DNA of 63,725 nucleotides, filler included, from Octopus bimaculoides (taxonomy: Eukaryota): NCBI RefSeq assembly GCF_001194135.2. It is 5 parts of 5 records of this genome, joined end to end, with 100 filler letters (N's around TTAATTAATTAA, not from the genome) between each part and the next. Parts side by side here need not be neighbours in the genome. Positions count along the whole stretch, not along the records: positions 26,462 to 48,035 come from NC_068990.1; 4 more parts are not named here. One strand, given 5' to 3'. The notes under the pieces are model-generated. The model was not told the origin of the DNA. It was given only the letters and a program-made list of their open reading frames with translations, and did not search any database. Position numbers and translations under genes: made by a program. Below are positions 26,462 through 39,234 of this stretch, in pieces. Numbering within the stretch: position 1 is the first letter of the stretch; every line of letters starts with the position of its first letter.

Positions 26462-26860
26462 GAAAAGACCATAAACCCATTGCAGACCCTATCATGGGCC
26501 CACCATGTCGACCGATTTGTGGTGCCAATATTGCCAGCAATTATAGGCTGTCATTCTTCCTCTCACAGATATTAAGACCACACATCGAGATGTCTCCTGA
26601 TGTTTGTGAAAGCACTGAGGACCTCCTCAGCAGAGTCAATGAATGTAACTGCTCCCATGACCTGACAGATTGTATTATAGGCAGTATGGATGTAGTATCT
26701 CTCTATCCATCCATTGACATTTGTTTCCTGTGTGTTGAGGTTGTTGTTGTCTCATCCATTTCAATTTGTTGCTGAAGTGTTTGTTACAGGCTCGGTTTAT
26801 ATAGTTATATTCCTGATGGATGATATCTGCAAGTTTTAACTCCTCATACGGTGTTATCAT
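26462..26860. mobile_element. Second, rearranged fragment of the same PLE (forward RT piece plus inverted 5' piece)
   Basis: 26462-26721 matches 55591-55850 (3 mismatches seen by eye). 26720-26860 is the reverse complement of about 54489-54610. Followed by (AT)n. Confidence 0.92.
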
Positions 26861-27248
26861 ATATATATATAATGAAGATGGAAACATACACATTAAGTAC
26901 TGGACATCACCAATGAGCAAAAAATGCGTAAAGTCACCAGGAGAGACAAGTACGGGACAAAATAACATACACACACATATCCACACACAAATACGCACAC
27001 AATATAGGAAGAGAAAGATAGATAGGAAACTGAACTCAGTACATACAGCTGTGTTAGTGAGTTATTCATAATGACACTTCCATAAAACGCTGTTATGACA
27101 CATTCACACACAAACACATATGTATGTACGTATGTATGATTGTATTTCTGTCTGCATATAGGTATACACACACACACGCACACACACAAATATAGAAAAA
27201 GAAAAGATGAAAAAAACACAGAAGAATTGGTTTACAGAATTTAATTGC

Positions 27249-27650
27249 TGGCGGCGAGCTGGCAGAAACGTTAGCACACCGAGCGAAATGCTTAGCGGTA
27301 TTTCGTCTGCCGTTACGTTCTGAGTTCAAATTCCGCCGAGGTCGACTTTGCCTTTCATCCTTTCGGGGTCGATAAATTAAGTACCAGTTACGCACTGGGG
27401 TCGATGTAATCGACTTAATCCCTTTGTCTGTCCTTGTTTGTCGCCTCTATGTGTAGCCCCTTGTGGGCAATAACGAAATAGGTACTACGTCTGAGTTCAA
27501 ATTCCGCCGAAGTCGACTTTGCCTTTCATCCTTTCGGGGTCGATAAATCAAGTGCCAGTTACGCACTGGGGTTGATGTAATCGACTTAATCCCTTTGTCT
27601 GTCCCCTCTAAGTTTTGCCCCTTTTGGACAATAAAGAAATAAGAATTTAA
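27249..27650 (+). mobile_element. tRNA-derived SINE family B (tail type 1), full copy followed by a tandem partial copy
   Basis: GGCGGCGAGCTGGCAGAAACGTTAGC head, TGAGTTCAAATTCC B-box, central GTCGACTTTGCCTTTCATCCTTTCGGGGTCGATAAATTAAGTACCAG, tail AGCCCCTTGTGGGCAATAA. Second unit 27486-27650. Confidence 0.85.
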
Positions 27651-28774
27651 GTGTATATTAGAGCCATGATAATAAAGATATACAATTTTGTACAAAATAA
27701 GGTTTTTGTCTTTCAACATAATTGAAGTAAGAACCGGTTTTGCATTGCTCATCATGCTGGGAGTTAAAAAACATATATTGTTAGTGGGAAGGCGAAAAAT
27801 ATATTGCTAGAGGAGATTAATGTTCGCTCATTTATTTTGCAGTAGAGGGGAGGTAAATGTGTAATTAAAATTTTTTTTGTGTGTTCTCTATTTTATTGTG
27901 ACTTGTGTTTTTACTTAACAGATACCCCTGTCAGGTTCACACGCTGTTGCAGAGATCCTTCAGTTTTTCTAAGCCCTGTAAAAGAACTCGGTAAGTTGCG
28001 CCTCTAGCCAGGCCTTTCGCGATACCCTTAAAGCCATTAAAATCAGGAGCTTTTCAGTATTCCCTCGTATATATGTGTATATATATATACATATATACAC
28101 CTATGAATGAATGTTTTTACGTCCAAGCGATTTAGACGAATACGTCTGAGAATATACTATTCCCATCGAGGATCATAAAGATTATGATGATAAATCCACT
28201 ACTAGCAAATTTCTTGGAGCTTATGAAATTATGAAATCATTTATAACTTTCAAATTTAAAATATGTATTGCCCTAAAATATATTCCATAAAACAAATCGA
28301 TAACGCACAAATTCATTTTTAGTAGGTTCCTGCAGATTGCAATCTGTATACGGTCCATCGCTGTAATCTGGATAAAAATAAATGTAAATGGAACACGTTC
28401 AGCTTTAGAGAGTTTTGCTTATTTTTACTGTTCCGCCTAAAATATTGTATATATATTAACTGCGTCTTAGCCGGACTCGTTTCTTTACTTGATAATCCTA
28501 AATCGTCCCAGTTCATACCGAGACATTTTTTATATTATTAGTATAAATATGTAGCGGTGCTCCAGCACGGCCACGGCCTTATGCTTGGACCGTATAAAAG
28601 AATAAAAGAACAATTGTGGCAGAGGAGCAGCAGGTTCTGAAGCTATTGTTCTTATGTATTCCCCACGTTGATTTCGGATGAGATGTTAATATCTTCTTCC
28701 GGACCACTAACTTCTACGACTATTTCAGAATTTTCTTTTCAGTCTAAAATAATTATATTCGACTCAATATGTTT

Positions 28775-29035
28775 GCACATGGTAGGCGTTTGCACATGGT
28801 GGCGAACCCTGCTGTACTCTTTTACCACAACTTTCTCTTACTTCTTGTTTCTGTTGTGCCTGTAATTCTAAGCGTCAGCTTTGTCACACTGTGTCACGCT
28901 GAATATCCCCGAGAACTACGTTAAGGGTGCACGTGTCTGTGGAGTGCTCAGCCATTTGCACGTTAATTTCACGAGCAGGCTGTTCCGTTGATCGGATCAA
29001 CTGGAAACCACGACGTCGTAAGCGACGGAGGGCCA
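28775..29035 (-). mobile_element. SINE family C (central domain resembles cephalopod Ceph-type SINEs)
   Basis: Minus strand GATCCGATCAACGGAACAGCCTGCTCGTGAAATTAACGTGC..CTCCACAGACACGTG..TTCTCGGGGATATTCAGCGTGACACAG. Recognised from memory; single copy in the window. Confidence 0.6.
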
Positions 29036-29282
29036 ACAACAACAAGCAGATATGTGTGTGTTTTTGTGTAACTGTATGTGTTTCGTAAAGAGAAAAAGGT
29101 AAAATGGATCATTATCAGTAATTACAATTTTCAGCTTATATATGTTTGTATGTGAATGCATCTCTGAGTGTGTTTGCATCCACCTTTACGTGAGATGCGA
29201 TCTACTAGACATCAGATCCACTCGCTGCTAGACCATGACATTTTCGCTTATATTTGCTTTTATTGTCTCTCTTTACTCTTTC

Positions 29283-29710
29283 ATTTACTCTTTTACTTGT
29301 TTCAGTCATTTGACTGTGGCCACGCTGGAGCACCGCCTTTAGTCGAGCAGATCGACCCCAGGACTTATTCTTTGTAACCCTAGTACTTATTCTATCGGCC
29401 ACTTTTGCCAAACCGCAAAGTTACGGGGACGTAAACACACCAGCATCGGTTGTCAAGCGATATTGGTGGGGAGACAAACACAGACACGCAAACACACAAA
29501 CACACAAACACACACACATATATATACATATACATGTATATATACGTCCGACTTCTTTCAGTTTCAGTCTACCAAAATCCACTCACAAGGCTTTGGTCGG
29601 CCCGAGGCTGTAGTAGAAGACACTTGCCCAAAGTGCCACGCAGTGATTCTGAACCCGGAACCATATGGTTGGTAAGCAAGCTACTTACTTCTCAGTCACT
29701 CTTGAACCTC
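29283..29710 (-). mobile_element. SINE family A, full-length
   Basis: Reverse complement of the 50402-50768 element, with an expanded internal CA/TA tract. Confidence 0.85.
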
Positions 29711-30606
29711 TACTTAAGAAAAATAGAAAACATTTTCTTTTCACCTCCAAACTTACCTTGACCAAACAGAAACATTCGTCTTAACCTTCTCGAATTTACT
29801 TTCATATTTCAATCATACTTGCTAAAAGTACGAAAAGCGAAAACGAGGCTCCATTATACATCCAAGCCCTAGTTTTCAAAATAGACATATAGACTGACAA
29901 CGGGGCTTCTTTAGCCCTGGGACGTTTTCTCAAGGGTTAAAGCACCTCCATTCCATCTCTATATCTATACGACAGCAGCAGAGCGGTTACACACACAAGC
30001 ATACACACACAAACACACAAAGAGACAAACACATGCACACATAACCACATACACATATGCACATATCTCTGTCTGTGTATGGATACCAGTATTCATAACG
30101 CATATTGAAAATAATACATTGCTATTAGTTTTTGTATTGGAAGATATTTGATACTTTAAAGATAAATATTTTATTTGAATGTTTATGTATAAAACATGAA
30201 ATTGTATATGAATATGCAAAAGCATTCTTAGAAAATACTAATGTTTTCAAATTTTGTCAACCAACAGTTTTCCAATTCTCACTAGGAAAACAACAGGAAT
30301 TTGTTTCACTTTATGCATTTAATGGTATATGTACATGTGTGTGTATGTGTGTGCGTCTAGATGTATATATGCATATATATATGGGTTATATATGTATATG
30401 TATATATATAGTTGCGTGTGTGTTTACTTAATTTGTGTATTACATTATTATATTTAAAATATGCAAACATGGCAAAACTACTCATGAGAATTTGCCGCAG
30501 AAGACACACTGGCGATGATTGCATATTCCAAACTTTGCCTTTGTATATATGTATATATATATAGGACAGACATGTATATGATGTGTTTATATATGTTAAC
30601 ATATCC

Positions 30607-30640
<34 letters not shown>

Positions 30641-30650
30641 TAACATACAT

Positions 30651-30686
<36 letters not shown>

Positions 30687-30694
30687 TAGACGCA

Positions 30695-30741
<47 letters not shown>

Positions 30742-31477
30742 NNNNNNNNNNNNNNNNNNNNNNNNNNNNNNNNNNNNNNNNNNNNNNNNNNNNNNNNNNN
30801 NNNNNNNNNNNNNNNNNNNNNNNNNNNNNNNNNNNNNNNNNNNNNNNNNNNNNNNNNNNNNNNNNNNNNNNNNNNNNNNNNNNNNNNNNNNNNNNNNNNN
30901 NNNNNNNNNNNNNNNNNNNNNNNNNNNNNNNNNNNNNNNNNNNNNNNNNNNNNNNNNNNNNNNNNNNNNNNNNNNNNNNNNNNNNNNNNNNNNNNNNNNN
31001 NNNNNNNNNNNNNNNNNNNNNNNNNNNNNNNNNNNNNNNNNNNNNNNNNNNNNNNNNNNNNNNNNNNNNNNNNNNNNNNATATTACCTTTATACTGTGTG
31101 GACTTAGTTCCCCGTTGACAGGCCGCTGGTATTTGCAGAGTGTTAAACGTTTTCCGTATTCAAATTAGGGACTCCTTCATAGAGTAGCTGCTGCATTTCT
31201 TGAGTATATAAACATTTTAGTTGCTTGCTGGTTTATTTGGCGACTAGTAGAATGATGTGGATGCCTCTGATGAGAACCCAATAATGTTCAAAAATCGAAT
31301 AAAATTGATCATCATTTCTTTTTCAGTCTGTGGAGAAATGGCTAAAATTTACCCTGCTTATCTATAAAATATATATGTATCTTGAGTGATGGAGAAGAGA
31401 AGGAATAGCGTCAAAATATAATAATTTCCAATGCAAGCATTTATATTGAATATGTTATATATGTGTATATGTTATCT

Positions 31478-31830
31478 TGTTACTTATTTCAAATATTGGA
31501 CTGCTGCCATGCTGGAGCATTGCATTGACCCCAATATTTATATTTTCAAAAGCCTAATACTTATTTTATCGGTTTTTGTTTTTACCGAACCGCTTGTTTA
31601 CACACCAGCTCCGATTGTCAAACGGTGGTGAAGGGACCTACAGAGACACAAAGCTATACACACACACACACACACAGTCACGCACACTAACACATACACA
31701 TACACCCACATATACGATACGATGGGCTTCTTACAGTTTCGGTCTGTCAGATCCACGCACAGGGCTTCGTTCGGCTCAAGGTGCAGGCAGTGGAACTGAA
31801 CACGGAAATATTTGGTCGAGAAGGAAGCTT
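31478..31830 (-). mobile_element. SINE family A, diverged
   Basis: Tail, internal CA tract and partial head. Confidence 0.65.
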
Positions 31831-31872
31831 CAATATATATTATACATATATATATATATATATACATCTACA

Positions 31873-31914
<42 letters not shown>

Positions 31915-32224
31915 NNNNNNNNNNNNNNNNNNNNNNNNNNNNNNNNNNNNNNNNNNNNNNNNNNNNNNNNNNNNNNNNNNNNNNNNNNNNNNNNNNNNNN
32001 NNNNNNNNNNNNNNNNNNNNNNNNNNNNNNNNNNNNNNNNNNNNNNNNNNNNNNNNNNNNNNNNNNNNNNNNNNNNNNNNNNNNNNNNNNNNNNNNNNNN
32101 NNNNNNNNNNNNNNNNNNNNNNNNNNNNNNNNNNNNNNNNNNNNNNNNNNNNNNNNNNNNNNNNNNNNNNNNNNNNNNNNNNNNNNNNNNNNNNNNNNNN
32201 NNNNNNNNNNNNNNNNNNNNNNNN

Positions 32225-32260
<36 letters not shown>

Positions 32261-32280
32261 AGAGTAAATTCAAATAAACG

Positions 32281-32460
32281 AAGGACGGGCATGAGAACTG
32301 TATTCGCTCGAGGCTCGGTGAAAGAAAAGAGTTTGACGTTTCGAGCATAGCTCTTCGTCGGAAGTCCAAAGAATGAAAAGAAATCGCTAACCGCACACGT
32401 GTAGTAACATTGCTGAAGTGACCGGAAGTAGAAAGAGTTAAAGAAAGTAGCTTGAGGTTA
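32281..32460 (-). mobile_element. Probable PLE pseudo-LTR remnant with hammerhead-like motif
   Basis: Minus strand GGACTT CCGACGA A GAGC TAT GCTC GAAA CG TC at 32329-32367, next to (CA)n. A related decayed copy lies at 2546-2615(+). Confidence 0.5.
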
Positions 32461-32640
32461 CAAGAGAGTGTGAAGACTATCAGTATGTGTGAGTGTGTGT
32501 TTGTGTGATTGGTATGTGTGTGTGCGGTGGAATCTGTGTGGCCCTTGCGTTTGTATATGTGTGAGTAGCATGTGTGTGTGTGTGTGTGCGTGCGTGCGTG
32601 GTAGTATCAGTGTGTCTGTGTTTGTTTGTGTGAGTAGTAT

Positions 32641-32680
<40 letters not shown>

Positions 32681-33279
32681 CAATATCTGTGTGCGCATGT
32701 ATTTGTGTTTAAGAGCGAGTCAGTGGCGACAGTCAAAAGAGGTGGGAAGTGTGTTTTTGATATATGTATTTATATATGTATATATATGCCGGTATATACT
32801 TATGTTTTGCGTTTATGTATTACAGAAACAGCTGTAAACAAATGAACATGTTGAAATTACTCCAGTTCTTGCGGCCTTCATTAACCAATAATAGCCTCTG
32901 TACTCTTTTGATGGTTTAGTGTAAAGCATACGCATATGAAAGTTCTAACAACTAATTATTAGTAACGCTATGCCTAAGCGAAAACATAATATACCTATCT
33001 TTCTATCTACCTATCTATCAATGCATCGATCGATTTATAAATATATATATATATATATATATGTGTATGCACGTATGTATGTATGTACGTATCTATGTAT
33101 ATATATATATATATATATATATNNNNNNNNNNNNNNNNNNNNNNNNNNNNNNNNNNNNNNNNNNNNNNNNNNNNNNNNNNNNNNNNNNNNNNNNNNNNNN
33201 NNNNNNNNNNNNNNNNNNNNNNNNNNNNNNNNNNNNNNNNNNNNNNNNNNNNNNNNNNNNNNNNNNNNNNNNNNNNNNN

Positions 33280-33315
<36 letters not shown>

Positions 33316-34759
33316 GTGCGTTTGTATGTGTAGGTGTACGTCTGTATGAACGCCTATACATGTTCGGATGTAGACTGCTTCAGGTGTAAGAAACTTCAAA
33401 CAGCGAATAATATAGATATTCGTTAAACAAAAGCGAGAAATCGGGGAAAAGTACTTGAAAGTCGAGGTATTAATAATAATATAAGTAAATTGAAACGGAA
33501 TGAAAATATATACAAGTTGTAATTAACTTTAGTGTTAGAAGTTTTTCATATCAGTGGGTTGTTGTGCTTCATACTGTAATATCAGATAGTACGTAATATC
33601 ACTGAATGTTGAATTGTAAAGAATCTGGTACTAGAAACTGGTGCGATGAATGACTATAAAACAATGTAATGCGTGAATGGAAAGGAAATGTGATGTAGAG
33701 AAAAAGATTTGATTGAAACTTGTGCATAAATGCGTCGTGCGTATGTATGTGTTCTTAGTGAAATTCAGTTTTTGCTGTTTTGTTATGTAATTTGTGGCAA
33801 TTTTGTTTTTGCGAATTGCGACATTCCTGTGTTCTGCTGGTGTGTTTGAATTCGGTTTTACATATATTCTGTGTTTTAATTTTTTATCCTTTACGTTTTT
33901 CAGTCATTTGAGTGTGGCCATGCTGGGGCACTAGCTTGAAGAAAGTTTCATCGAACGAATCGACCGCAGTCCGTTTTTGTTTGTGGTACTTGTTCTATCG
34001 GTCTCTTTTGCCGAACCGCTATGTTACGGGGACGGAAACACAGCAACACCGGTTGACAAGAGGTGGGAGAACAAAAGCAGATCCAAAGATACGCACAGAC
34101 ATAGACACATACACATATAAACGTATATATATGTGTAAGTGTGTGTGAGAGTGTGTTAATGACTGCGCCTAATACACAATATAAAATTCCTCATTCCCGA
34201 AATACAGGTTCATAAACAAATATTTAAGTTCACTTCATGGTGAAAGTTAAGACTGTTACCTAGCGGGAAGGGTTCTGAATAACGATACGTGAATCTTTTG
34301 AAAATCTTACGTATGATAATAGAAGTCAAACAACGCGTGTTAGTAAGTGAACATGACTTGAACGTAAAAGAATGGCAAATGACAATATGGAAATGTTCTT
34401 GGTTGTTTAGTTTAGAACCGGGAAATGAAGGAAATTTACATAGAAAAGAACAAACTGTCTGTAGTGGTTTTTCTTTTGAGATAGCAAGAAATGGTAATAC
34501 AACAGGAAAGAAATTTGGTATTAATGTATGGCAAAGACTTGACAAGAGAATACAGATTTTTCTGGAACTGTGAGTAGGAAATGCAAGTAGATCTTGTTCA
34601 AAATTGTTAGAGCCTCGAAAAAAGAAAGGGATATGAGACTTTTGGCAGAGGGGTTTCGGTACCGGATCTGTGGCGTCGCCGATTTAATGCTGACTTATTT
34701 GATATGAGAAGTTTTAATATTTATCTTATTCTTTTTCTCTCTTTACTTCCCTGTCTCTT

Positions 34760-34879
<120 letters not shown>

Positions 34880-35001
34880 TCTCTTTCTTCGCCTTCGCTC
34901 TTTCTGTTTCTCTCTTTCTCTCTGTTTATGTGTTTGAGTATTTAGTTTCTTTTGTATGTATATGTAATGACGTTATATCTCTACCCTCTGTCTCACACAC
35001 A

Positions 35002-35056
<55 letters not shown>

Positions 35057-35157
35057 GCGCGTATTCTGTGTGTGTATATATCTTTGTATGCATGTAAATG
35101 AGTCTGTCAGTTTTCTCGTACGTGCAAATGCGCGCGCGTGCGTGTGTTTACCTCTAG

Positions 35158-35277
35158 CGTTAAAAATTCTCACCACCAAATCAGCTTGGATGTCCAGCCA
35201 ATGGCACCAAATCGTGAACATCCAAACATCGACGCCCAATTATCTGGTCTCATTCTGCAGAAGAAATACCCGGCAGC
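35158..35277 (+). CDS. Weak candidate internal exon (120 nt), product unknown
   Basis: TTTACCTCTAG| acceptor, GC|GTATGT donor, length divisible by 3, two frames open, non-repetitive. No recognisable homology. Confidence 0.2.
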
Positions 35278-35616
35278 GTATGTTTCGTTTCTTTACATTC
35301 TGCGGTCAAATCTGGTCGAGATCAACTTCATCTTTCATCCCTCAGTCAAGTACCACTGATCCCTTTTCCCGCAAAATCTCTAGCTTTGTTTCTAAATTAT
35401 AGATCATTATTTTGGAAATGCAACAAAACGTTAACGAAAGAGAATGAAATTAACACACCGAAATTAAGTATTGAAACACAAGGAATCTAAATATATCAAA
35501 AGGGTTCGAAGACAATGTGTTTCGGGGAAAATCCTTATTAGTTAATTTGAAATTAAGGAACGAGCAAGGTTATTAATATTATAAATGTTATATTAATGTT
35601 AATATTTAAGGCAGAG

Positions 35617-35775
35617 AAGGCAGCGAGCTTGCAGACTCGTTAGCACGCCAGGTGAAATGCTTAGCGGGATTTCGTCTGCTGCAACGTTCTGAGTTCAAAT
35701 TCCGCCGAGATCGACTTTACCTTCCATCTTTTCGGAGTGGATTAAATAAGTACCAGTTACACACTGGGGTTGATG
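35617..35775 (+). mobile_element. SINE family B, 3'-truncated
   Basis: Head and central domain present. Confidence 0.75.
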
Positions 35776-37339
35776 TATCACCCGAAATGGATGATACATG
35801 TGATGAATGCTGACATGCCTCTAAATACAGTATGAAAGAGCTACAGGATGAGAAGTCTACTCTGTTTTGCTGCAACTTACTTAGGTAAGATAAAATCCAT
35901 CGCACTCCTAAATGGCTGGCATAAGTTCTGGTTATTCCTGTACAGCAAAATGGACTGGAGCAACTTGAAATGTTTTTGCTCAACAACAAAATATATCGTC
36001 ATGTCCTGGAATCGAAACCATCATTTTGCGATCGGGATGGTGACACCCCAAGCACAAAATCACTAGCCTTCACTAACATGCCTATCTATGGGCATACGTT
36101 TCGTCCTTGTTAGGAAAACTATTGTATTTAAGCGGGTATACTATCTTATCACTTGGATCTCCTCGACCGGGTTCTGAAGTGGGGCTCTAATTTGATCAGT
36201 CCCATATATATATATATATATATATATATTCACTAACCGCTTGACAGCCGGTGTTTGTTTCTTCACAACTGCGTAACTTAGCAGTTCGGCAAAAGTATCT
36301 AATTGAATATCAAACCAGACTTAGAAATAAAAATTGCAAAAAAAAAAACAAAAAAAAACAATCAATACTGAAGTTGCTTCATTCAACAGAAACTGGTCAA
36401 AGCAGTGCCCCAGCATGACCGCAGCCCAATGAATGAATGAATCAAAGAATGAATTAAAGATAACAAATATTTGAAGATATAAGACTTGTCATTTAATTTA
36501 TTCAAAAGTTATTTCAATAAATTTACAAATATTAATATCGATTTGATTTTATATTTCGATTCTGTTTCTTTTTGATCGTCGGGTATTGTATTTTATTTAT
36601 AATCATCAGGTTTGAAGAACATGTGAGAATTTAGTTTTGTCTCGTTTTGTTTTGCGTTTACATTTTGTTATTCTTCAATAACCATTGAAATTCGATATAC
36701 AATACGATATTTAAAACATTGAAATATTTATCTTTCGTTTCATTACATTTCACTCTATATTTGCATTCAGCTCTGCGTATGTGTGTGTGTGTGAGTGCAT
36801 GTGTGTTTGAGTATGTGCGCGTATATTTATGTATATTGTATGTATGTATATGTATATATACATATGTATATATATATATGTATGTATATATATATATNNN
36901 NNNNNNNNNNNNNNNNNNNNNNNNNNNNNNNNNNNNNNNNNNNNNNNNNNNNNNNNNNNNNNNNNNNNNNNNNNNNNNNNNNNNNNNNNNNNNNNNNNNN
37001 NNNNNNNNNNNNNNNNNNNNNNNNNNNNNNNNNNNNNNNNNNNNNNNNNNNNNNNNNNNNNNNNNNNNNNNNNNNNNNNNNNNNNNNNNNNNNNNNNNNN
37101 NNNNNNNNNNNNNNNNNNNNNNNNNNNNNNNNNNNNNNNNNNNNNNNNNNNNNNNNNNNNNNNNNNNNNNNNNNNNNNNNNNNNNNNNNNNNNNNNNNNN
37201 NNNNNNNNNNNNNNNNNNNNNNNNNNNNNNNNNNNNNNNNNNNNNNNNNNNNNNNNNNNNNNNNNNNNNNNNNNNNNNNNNNNNNNNNNNNNNNNNNNNN
37301 NNNNNNNNNNNNNNNNNNNNNNNNNNNNNNNNNNNNNNN

Positions 37340-37382
<43 letters not shown>

Positions 37383-38668
37383 TTTTTTATATATTTGTGT
37401 ATATCTGAGCGGGTCTCCATTCAGGTTTACATTTGTGTGTGTTAGTGAACCTATGTGTGTATGCACGTGCGTGTGAGTGCACCTGTGTCGCTTTGACTGT
37501 ATATATGTGCGTGTATGCGTTTATGTGTGCGTATTTCGGGGTGGTGGTCCGTATCTGAGTTGGCTCGATAGTTTAAAGAAAAACAAAAGTTGATAAATTT
37601 TTCTGTTTCATAAAAATAAAAGAGTTTGTATCGGTTGAAAGCTATAATTTTCTCAAAAAAATATATTTTTATTGAAGTTTCGAATCCTTCAACTGCAATG
37701 TTCATGAAAATATCTGTAGTTTAGTCAATTCCCGAAAACACATTCGTAAGTCAAAATAAAATTTATAATTGAAAATATATCAAAAATATATATATAAAAA
37801 CTTCAAAGGGACGTTACTTTGATATCAATACAGTTTTATTTCAATTACCATAATTATGCAAATGACAATGTATTTTTATAATACAATTCGGAATTGAATC
37901 GACATTTCTATGATAAACACTCACTAACCAGGCTGAGGAATATTTAACGATAAATTAGAATAATCTATGCAGTGTGAGAGAAAAATAAATATTACTGAGC
38001 GATGTGTTTCGTGTTATTACTTCACATCGTTGCTATTTTGTTAAACTGTCGTATGTCTAAATTTGGCCTAATGCGTTTTATTTTTTGATTTTTTTTTCAA
38101 TATTTATTTTTGCTTGCAATTGCCGATTTTTTTTTTATCAAACTCTCGTATCTTCAGCTGCTTCAGATGCCAAGATATGAAAATTGTTAAAGTGTAGTAC
38201 AACGGTTTAGCATTTTTCAAAAGTGTTGTAAGTCGTACATACGACAGGTTTGCAAAATTATTTCTCACTGAAATGCATGGAGTTGCGATTTCATTCATCC
38301 AACAAGCTGTTATTGTAAATCTGAAACTATTACTAATGTAAAAAGAAATTGAATGGCGAAACTACTTTTTCGTTTTCTGAAAAAGCAACGCATTAGACTT
38401 AGGGCACTTTTGCATAATAGCAACGATATATACGACAGCAGTGCAACGATGTCAACACCGGACGTGCTTGAGCTTTTATGCATGAATGCACGTGTGAATA
38501 CATTATATATATATATTTGTATGTGTATATATATTTGTGTGTGCGTGCGTGTGTGTGTATAGGGAGAGCGACAGACAGACAGATGGAGGCTGAGACAGAC
38601 AGACAGACCGAAACAAACCGACAGACATATATGCAGACAGACAGTCAGACATACATACATACATACAC

Positions 38669-38777
<109 letters not shown>

Positions 38778-39193
38778 AGGTACCTAAATACATATATTTA
38801 TGATAGTTGAAAGATTAAAATTAATCAAAGGACATACTATATATGTCCATCTGCTGGAAATAACAGTCAAAACTCAATTTAAATCGCCAAAATATACTGA
38901 TAATAACTAGAGAAATCAACCGTCCGAAGGCGATCGGGCTAAGACAATCTTTCAGCATACATTCAAGTATTTGGACTCACATGGACCGGTTTTTAGACTG
39001 GCATAATAGACTCACCTTCCTCAGCACCATGATGGAGAGTTCCAACCCCTAACGTTGAAGTCTGCGATGCAATTGACTAGTTTTGCATGGCAGCCAAAAC
39101 ATCATAACGGTTTCACGCCGTTATCGTTGATACCTCTTGTAGGCGCCAGTTTGAAACAGCCACTAGTAATAGTTAAGTGTGTGTGTGTGTGTG

Positions 39194-39234
<41 letters not shown>

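Noticed and set aside
34289-34573. 94-aa ORF ending near a CT|GTGAGT donor
   Set aside because: No recognisable homology or convincing acceptor.
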